A stretch of 64,000 nt of DNA, taken from contig JAJFKT010000026.1 of assembly GCA_021773075.1 (NCBI GenBank), forward strand, positions 184,356-248,355. Reading direction: 5' to 3'. The stretch's first letter is position 1. Each line of letters opens with the position of its first letter. The notes beneath the pieces are model-generated. The model was not told where the DNA came from. It did not search any database and was given only the letters and a program-made list of their open reading frames with translations. Made by a program: the position numbers and the translations under genes. The stretch is from Woeseiaceae bacterium (GTDB lineage: Bacteria > Pseudomonadota > Gammaproteobacteria > Steroidobacterales > Woeseiaceae). Below, piece by piece: positions 58,579-64,000 of the stretch.

Positions 58579-59274
58579 CTAAGACTTCGCCAGACTAGCA
58601 GGAGAGCCTGCAGCTTCTGAGACCGCATCTGAAAACCATGTCGTAATGTATTCCACACGTGTTATCGCTGAACCTACTACGACCGCGTCCGCACCATTCT
58701 CGATTGCGCTGGCCGCATCGTTCGGGGTTTTCAGCCGTCCTTCGGCGATCACGAATGTATCAAGCTTCGCGAATTCACTGAGTAGCGCCAATTCAGGCGC
58801 AGTGTTTTCTGAAATTTCTTCGTATGCGTAGCCGGAAAGTGTTGTGCCCAATGCATCCGCACCCTCGGTGATTGCCTGCGCCCCATCTTCCCTACGCGCG
58901 CAATCGGCCATCGCCAGTATGCCGTGGCTGTGAATACGTTTGACCAGCTCCGCAGTGGCCACCGGACGCTCACGCTGGGTCGCGTCATAGGCGATGATCG
59001 CAGCGCCTGCCTCTGCCAAAGCATCAATATCTTCAATCAAAGGCGTTATTCGGACGGGCGAAGATTCAAGATCTCGTTTGACGATACCAATGATCGGTAA
59101 GCCGCAAACCTGTGCCAAACTTCGAACTGATTCGACACCTTCGATACGCAGGCCAGCCGCACCTCCGCTCTCCGCCGCGAGGCCGAGACTGGTAATAATT
59201 TGAGTACTGTCCATTGGACCGCCAACGATGGGTTGGCACGAAACAACAACCTTGTTTTTCAACTTTTTTAGCAT
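58579..59274 (-). CDS. nanE: N-acetylmannosamine-6-phosphate 2-epimerase
   Basis: VVVSCQPIVGGPMDS, GAAGLRIEG, PIIGIVKRD and SGYAYE resemble E. coli NanE. ATG 59274 is preferred; GTG 59292 is possible. Confidence 0.8.
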   Translation of the reverse strand: MLKKLKNKVVVSCQPIVGGPMDSTQIITSLGLAAESGGAAGLRIEGVESVRSLAQVCGLPIIGIVKRDLESSPVRITPLIEDIDALAEAGAAIIAYDATQRERPVATAELVKRIHSHGILAMADCARREDGAQAITEGADALGTTLSGYAYEEISENTAPELALLSEFAKLDTFVIAEGRLKTPNDAASAIENGADAVVVGSAITRVEYITTWFSDAVSEAAGSPASLAKS

Positions 59275-59552
59275 CTTGCTGGTCGTTCCCACGGTTCACC
59301 TTCCCTAAGTGTGTATTGAGGCTCTATTGCGTGAATTTGAATAAGTAGTGTAAAAACAATAGCTTAACTATTCTGGTCGGGCATATCTATTGATTTCGCC
59401 GCAAAGAATAATAATATAATCTTTTTTCCTTGACTAGTGCAATAAAAGTTTTTATTCTCGAGGTGTTGTAAATGTCGCAACACATATTCGCTATCGTTAA
59501 TAAGCTAGCAAGCAGGTCGCGATACCATCCAGTTGATCCCGAGGGGGCTAAA

Positions 59553-62426
59553 ATGAACATCGTGGGTAGATCGAAGATCCAAAAACTGGCGCTTACCGCC
59601 ATATCGTCAGCAGTTTTATTGATCGCGCTTCCAGTTGTTTCAAGTGCGCAGGAGGAAGTAGTCGAGGAAATTATTGTGACTGGTTCTCACATTCGCAAAG
59701 ATACTTTCTCGTCGTCATCCCCAATTTCAGTACTGGATGCCCAATCGATCGAAGGAATTGGTGCTACAAATGTTGGTGATTTGATTGCCCGCGTACCGTC
59801 GGTTGTTGCAGCGGTTGACGGATCCAGCGCCAATGTTAACGAGCCGTCGAACAGCGGTCTCAGCACGATCGCACTGCGTAACTTGGGTTCATCAAGGACT
59901 CTGGTTCTGGTCAACGGTCGCCGATACGTATCTGGCACTGGCGCCGGCGCTGGATACGGTGTTGACCTCAATACCCTCCCTACTACGATGATCGAGCGAG
60001 TCGAAGTGCTAACCGGTGCACAGTCAGCGGCTTACGGTTCGGACGCGGTTGCCGGGGTTGTCAATATCATTACCAAAACCGATTTCGATGGCATTCGAAT
60101 ACACGCTCAAACGGGCCAGGCGTCAGAGGGCGACCGCGAGAGGCAGGACGTTGACGTGACGATTGGCCATAATTTCTCAGACGGCAATGTCTGGTTTTCT
60201 CTTGGGTTCTCGGATGACGAGGGCCTGCAGGCTATTGACAGGGCGAACTCGGCTTTTAGTCGGCGGTCTATTGATACTACTGGCGATGGATTATTCGATT
60301 CTCTGGCATTTGAAGGCTCTTCGCATGTTCCAGGCGCTCGACTAATTGCTGGTGGCCTTAGCCTCAATGGTGATGGCACACCGTTCGATGGTGGACGTGA
60401 TCTAGCAACTACCGACCGATTGAACTTCAATGAATTTCGGTCGATCTTGATTCCGCTGGAGCGTCGTTTTGCCAACGCGGGTATGACGCTCGACGTAAGT
60501 GAAAAGGCGACCGTATCGATGGAACTGGGCTTCGCTCGTGTTGAGTCACGCGCAACATTTGAGCCGATTCCGCTGAGCGTTTTCGGCGATGTCTTCAAGT
60601 TGTTCAAGGGCGGCACTTCAGGAATGGACCTTACGACGCATCCGCTTTGGGTCGGAAGCTCGGCAGGCGCTCAAATTGTTGCCGCTGGCGTCACCAATTT
60701 TGATGATTTCGGAAATACTTTCCGTCGCACGGTCGAACTGGGTAGTCGTGGGTCGGGCAATATTCGAGAGACGTTTCGGATAGCGGCAGCATTGGACTAT
60801 GAATTCGACAACGGAATGTTCCTCGATATCCATGGTACCTACGGTGTAACCGATCAGGTGCAGACTGACTTTGGCGACATAAACCTCGAGCGGGCTCAAC
60901 TTGCACTCAACATGGAGGCCGATGGATTAGGCGGTTTCCAATGCGTTGATGAAATCGCCCGCATTCAGGGTTGTGTGCCATTCAACCCATTTGGCACAAT
61001 CGACAGCATCGCGGGCCAAGCAGGAATTACCGGTATATCTCCCGAGGCAGCGGAATATCTCGCCGCGGCAGTTGGACTGACAGGCAACATTGAACAGACT
61101 GTTGTTGCGGCTGTGCTCTCCGGTGATTTGCCGTTCAGTGTGGGCAATCAGGACAATGCTGGTTTCGCCTTCGGCCTGGAGTACCGTGAAGAGCGCGGGG
61201 AAGAGACTCCGGACGGGCTGCGCCAAAAGGGTATTACTCGCGGCTTCAACATTCAGCCAACCAAGGGCAACTTCAACGTGATTGACGTATTTGGCGAGAT
61301 CCAGCTGCCGCTTACAGATATGTTGACACTGGACGCTGCAGTACGAGCAGGTGACTACTCAAGCGTCGGAAGTACGTTTACCTGGAAGGTTGGACTGGAC
61401 GCGGCGGTCAACGATTCAATTCGTTTCAGACTGGCGGCCTCCACTGCGGTTCGGGCACCGAACGTCACTGACTTGTTCGGTGGAGCATTTGCCAGTGCAG
61501 CCCTGTCGTTCGACCCATGTAATGGAGTTGACCTTACAACGACAGGCACCACCGCCGACAACTGTCGCTCGGTCCCTGCCATCATGACCCGAATCATTAA
61601 TGACGGTTCATTTGCGCTCACCCAGGTTGAGGGACAGAACACGACGACATTCAGTCAGGGTTCGCCAACGGTTGAAGAAGAAGAGGCTGATTCGTTTACG
61701 ATCGGTGCAATTTTCACACCGACGGGTCTTGAGGGTCTCTCAATCGCTGTAGACTTCTACTCCATTGAAATTGACGACGCCATTCGGGTGCCCTCGGGAA
61801 CCGATGTATTGAATCGTTGCTATGCCGTTGCGCCAGGTTCGTTCGACCCTACCTGCGGTGGTCTGGTATTCAGAAGTCCCGCTTTCGGCCCTGTTCTCGA
61901 TGTACGTGCGGCAGCGAATAACGAAGATACGATCGAAACTTCAGGCATTGATGTGGAAGCATCCTACTCATTCGATAATCTGGCCGGTGGTGACCTACTT
62001 ATTTCATTCGGTGCCAATTTCCTTACGGAGTTTGACGTCACGGGTCGAGCCGGTGATAAGCAGGATTTGAGTGGCGAAGTGTTGTTTCCAGAGGTTCGAT
62101 TCAACTTGAACTTTGACTACAATATCAACAACTTCAATATCTTCAGCCAGGTACGATTCCGAGATGAAACCAAGGATCGAAATGACAATACGATCCATAC
62201 TGCGGAACTAAATGATATCGACTCCGTAGTGTATGTCGATCTTCGCGGCAGCTACCGATTCAATGACTCTGTCAGCGCGTACATCGGATCAAACAATCTG
62301 TTCGATGAATCGCCGCCAGCCATGGGATTTACCCATAAGAACTTCCAGCAGGCTGTCAACACCAACGGCACGGCTTTCGACACCGTAGGTCGCCAGTGGT
62401 ACGCAGGTATAACCGCCACTTTCTAG
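59553..62426 (+). CDS. TonB-dependent outer-membrane receptor
   Basis: ATG 59553 gives the signal MNIVGRSKIQKLALTAISSAVLLIALPVVSSA. TonB box/plug EEIIVTGSHIRKD...IERVEVLTGAQSAAYGSDAVAGVVNIITK. Long barrel with terminal ...RQWYAGITATF. Confidence 0.9.
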   Translation: MNIVGRSKIQKLALTAISSAVLLIALPVVSSAQEEVVEEIIVTGSHIRKDTFSSSSPISVLDAQSIEGIGATNVGDLIARVPSVVAAVDGSSANVNEPSNSGLSTIALRNLGSSRTLVLVNGRRYVSGTGAGAGYGVDLNTLPTTMIERVEVLTGAQSAAYGSDAVAGVVNIITKTDFDGIRIHAQTGQASEGDRERQDVDVTIGHNFSDGNVWFSLGFSDDEGLQAIDRANSAFSRRSIDTTGDGLFDSLAFEGSSHVPGARLIAGGLSLNGDGTPFDGGRDLATTDRLNFNEFRSILIPLERRFANAGMTLDVSEKATVSMELGFARVESRATFEPIPLSVFGDVFKLFKGGTSGMDLTTHPLWVGSSAGAQIVAAGVTNFDDFGNTFRRTVELGSRGSGNIRETFRIAAALDYEFDNGMFLDIHGTYGVTDQVQTDFGDINLERAQLALNMEADGLGGFQCVDEIARIQGCVPFNPFGTIDSIAGQAGITGISPEAAEYLAAAVGLTGNIEQTVVAAVLSGDLPFSVGNQDNAGFAFGLEYREERGEETPDGLRQKGITRGFNIQPTKGNFNVIDVFGEIQLPLTDMLTLDAAVRAGDYSSVGSTFTWKVGLDAAVNDSIRFRLAASTAVRAPNVTDLFGGAFASAALSFDPCNGVDLTTTGTTADNCRSVPAIMTRIINDGSFALTQVEGQNTTTFSQGSPTVEEEEADSFTIGAIFTPTGLEGLSIAVDFYSIEIDDAIRVPSGTDVLNRCYAVAPGSFDPTCGGLVFRSPAFGPVLDVRAAANNEDTIETSGIDVEASYSFDNLAGGDLLISFGANFLTEFDVTGRAGDKQDLSGEVLFPEVRFNLNFDYNINNFNIFSQVRFRDETKDRNDNTIHTAELNDIDSVVYVDLRGSYRFNDSVSAYIGSNNLFDESPPAMGFTHKNFQQAVNTNGTAFDTVGRQWYAGITATF

Positions 62427-62455
62427 TCGATACTGACTCAAAGTGGGCCCCCGAG

Positions 62456-62494
62456 AGCATGGCTTCTCACTTCGGTGAGAAGCCATGCTTTTTT
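62456..62494 (+). terminator. rho-independent terminator after the TonB-dependent receptor gene
   Basis: Perfect 15-bp stem AGCATGGCTTCTCAC / GTGAGAAGCCATGCT with a TTCG loop, followed by a T-run. Confidence 0.9.
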
Positions 62495-62521
62495 CAACGG
62501 ACGATGAGTTCGAGGCTGCTA

Positions 62522-64000
62522 ATGCTTAGATTGTGCTTCACTGTATTCGCCGCGTATTCGATTGCTGCGATTCTCGCTGCGTGTCAAGCGGATACGGAGC
62601 GGAGCGCCGAAGGCCCGATACCACCAAACATCATTCTCGTGATGTCTGACGACCAGGGATGGGGTGACGTTGCATACAATGGTAATTCAGTCGTTCAGAC
62701 TCCGAATCTGGATGCGATGGCTCGAGAAGGCGTCCGTCTTGATCGGTTCTACGCGGCAGCCCCTGTCTGTTCCCCAACAAGGGCAAGTGTCCTCACAGGA
62801 CGCCATCCGTTTCGCTATGGAATTGAGTGGGCGGGACAAGGACATTTACCTGAAGATGAAATCACAATCGCGGAAGTGCTTAAATCGAACGGTTATCGCA
62901 CGGGAATTTTTGGAAAATGGCACGTCGGTGAATTGAGCAGGACCGTCAATCAGAGTTATTTCGCGGGTGATCAAGCGGATCCAGAGCACTATGCGCCGCC
63001 CTGGGATAACGGATTCGATGTCACATTCGCGACCGAATCGATGATGCCCACCTACAATCCATACTTCCACGTAGGCGGAGCTTATGGCGCTGACGACTAC
63101 CGATTTATCCAAAATGTCGCGGTAGAGCGCGATCAGATTTCGGATGGGTTTCGCTGGCGAGACTATTTTTGGACAGGGCCTGGCCAGTTTATTGACGAGT
63201 GGCTCGGCGGTGATGTATCCGAAATCGTAATGGACAGGGCACTGGAATTTATCGAGTCGAAGGATGTATCCAATAAGCCGTTTCTCGCCATTATTTGGTT
63301 TCACGCGCCGCACACACCGGTGGTTGCTGGAAACGCCGATCGAGGAGTGTATCCAGACCTGAAAATCGAAGCACAACACTGGTTTGGCACACTTACCGCC
63401 ATGGATCGTCAGGTTGGCCGGCTCCGGACCAGATTGCGCGAGTTGCAAATTTCCGACAATACGATCGTCTGGTTCAACTCCGATAACGGGCCTTCGTATA
63501 TTCACGATTATAATTCTGCGGGGCCGTTTAAAGGGAAAAAGGCCGAGCTGACTGAAGGTGGTGTCCGCGTACCGTCAATTGTGGAGTGGCCTGCAAGATT
63601 CGATGGGCAGCGATCAATTAAGGCTGCAGTTTCGACAAGCGATTTTTATCCGACCCTCCTCGCAGCCGCCGGCGTAGATACCCCAGTTAATCAGCCGACG
63701 CTAGACGGAGAAAATGTTCTTCCGTTACTCATTGGGGAGGTGACTGATCGTCATCAGGCAATCGCGTTTCAATCACCAATTCGAGGTAGCGGCTACGACG
63801 CGGACAAGACACAATTACAATTTGCGCTATCTGGCGATCGCTACAAGCTCATAAGTGGAGATGGAGGAGCGTCATGGCAGCTCTACGATCTGCAGAACGA
63901 TCCGTCGGAATCGAATAATATAGCTGAACAAAAATCTGCTGTGGTGCGTTTAATGCGAGCGCAGCTGGACGAGTGGCGAGTTTTGGTAAGCGAAGACGCT
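62522..64000 (+). CDS. sulfatase (formylglycine-dependent arylsulfatase family), lipoprotein; 3' end beyond the window
   Basis: Not in the ORF track (no stop in the window). MLRLCFTVFAAYSIAAILAAC (lipobox), then PPNIILVMSDDQGWGDVAYNG...APVCSPTRASVLTGRHP (C-x-P-x-R FGly motif) and GKWHVG. The frame stays open to base 64000. An alternative ATG lies at 62504. Confidence 0.9.
   Translation, partial: MLRLCFTVFAAYSIAAILAACQADTERSAEGPIPPNIILVMSDDQGWGDVAYNGNSVVQTPNLDAMAREGVRLDRFYAAAPVCSPTRASVLTGRHPFRYGIEWAGQGHLPEDEITIAEVLKSNGYRTGIFGKWHVGELSRTVNQSYFAGDQADPEHYAPPWDNGFDVTFATESMMPTYNPYFHVGGAYGADDYRFIQNVAVERDQISDGFRWRDYFWTGPGQFIDEWLGGDVSEIVMDRALEFIESKDVSNKPFLAIIWFHAPHTPVVAGNADRGVYPDLKIEAQHWFGTLTAMDRQVGRLRTRLRELQISDNTIVWFNSDNGPSYIHDYNSAGPFKGKKAELTEGGVRVPSIVEWPARFDGQRSIKAAVSTSDFYPTLLAAAGVDTPVNQPTLDGENVLPLLIGEVTDRHQAIAFQSPIRGSGYDADKTQLQFALSGDRYKLISGDGGASWQLYDLQNDPSESNNIAEQKSAVVRLMRAQLDEWRVLVSEDA

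Noticed and set aside
62664-62936. 90-aa ORF in the track inside the sulfatase region
   Set aside because: Wrong frame. The real gene is the open frame from 62522 (or 62504) to the window end, which carries the sulfatase CSPTR signature.
1-64000. Mobile elements, CRISPR arrays, tRNA/rRNA genes, prophage or integron signatures
   Set aside because: No transposase, integrase or recombinase-like ORFs were seen. There are no regularly spaced short repeats, no tRNA-like cloverleaf candidates in the larger intergenic regions and no long terminal repeats. This was a visual scan only, not an exhaustive computation.

Overview
64-kb chromosomal segment with proteobacterial gene content. UbiD and UbiTUV, an OprO/P-type porin, a TonB-dependent receptor and a sulfatase suggest a marine-type gammaproteobacterium, but that is inference. 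I support about 58 protein-coding genes. By eye there is no rRNA, tRNA, CRISPR array, transposase or integrase. Blocks: (i) 0.3-9.2 kb, phosphate neighbourhood: ppk1 coupled to an atypical receiver protein, a DUF47-PiT pair, a PPP-type phosphoesterase and a phosphate-selective-type porin. (ii) 9.3-20.5 kb, an envelope module. It holds two paralogous DUF5666-like lipoproteins, two truncated MarR-like genes, a TPR plus beta-barrel outer-membrane protein and a multi-TM GT2 synthase. Three near-identical promoter/palindrome elements tie the module together. (iii) 20.6-23.4 kb, a TlpA-like redoxin plus a two-subunit GMC dehydrogenase. (iv) 23.5-42.2 kb, a lower-GC region with a hybrid sensor kinase module and an OmpR-type regulator. 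Next to these lies the main candidate novel system: three tandem trihaem c7-type cytochromes, one tetrahaem and two dodecahaem cytochromes. These are interleaved with three NHL beta-propeller proteins and a 669-aa outer-membrane-type barrel (35 CXXCH plus 2 CX3CH motifs in total). (v) 42.3-46.2 kb, ubiU-ubiV-ubiD-ubiT (O2-independent ubiquinone synthesis). (vi) 46.5-49.6 kb, miscellaneous genes (esterase, PhyH dioxygenase, AraC). (vii) 49.7-64.0 kb, an amino-sugar / sulfated-glycan utilisation locus with a GntR regulator, NagB-II-type SIS protein, NagA, NanE, a Kelch-SSS fusion transporter, a TonB-dependent receptor and a sulfatase. All functional calls come from motif recognition in the supplied translations. 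No database search was run.
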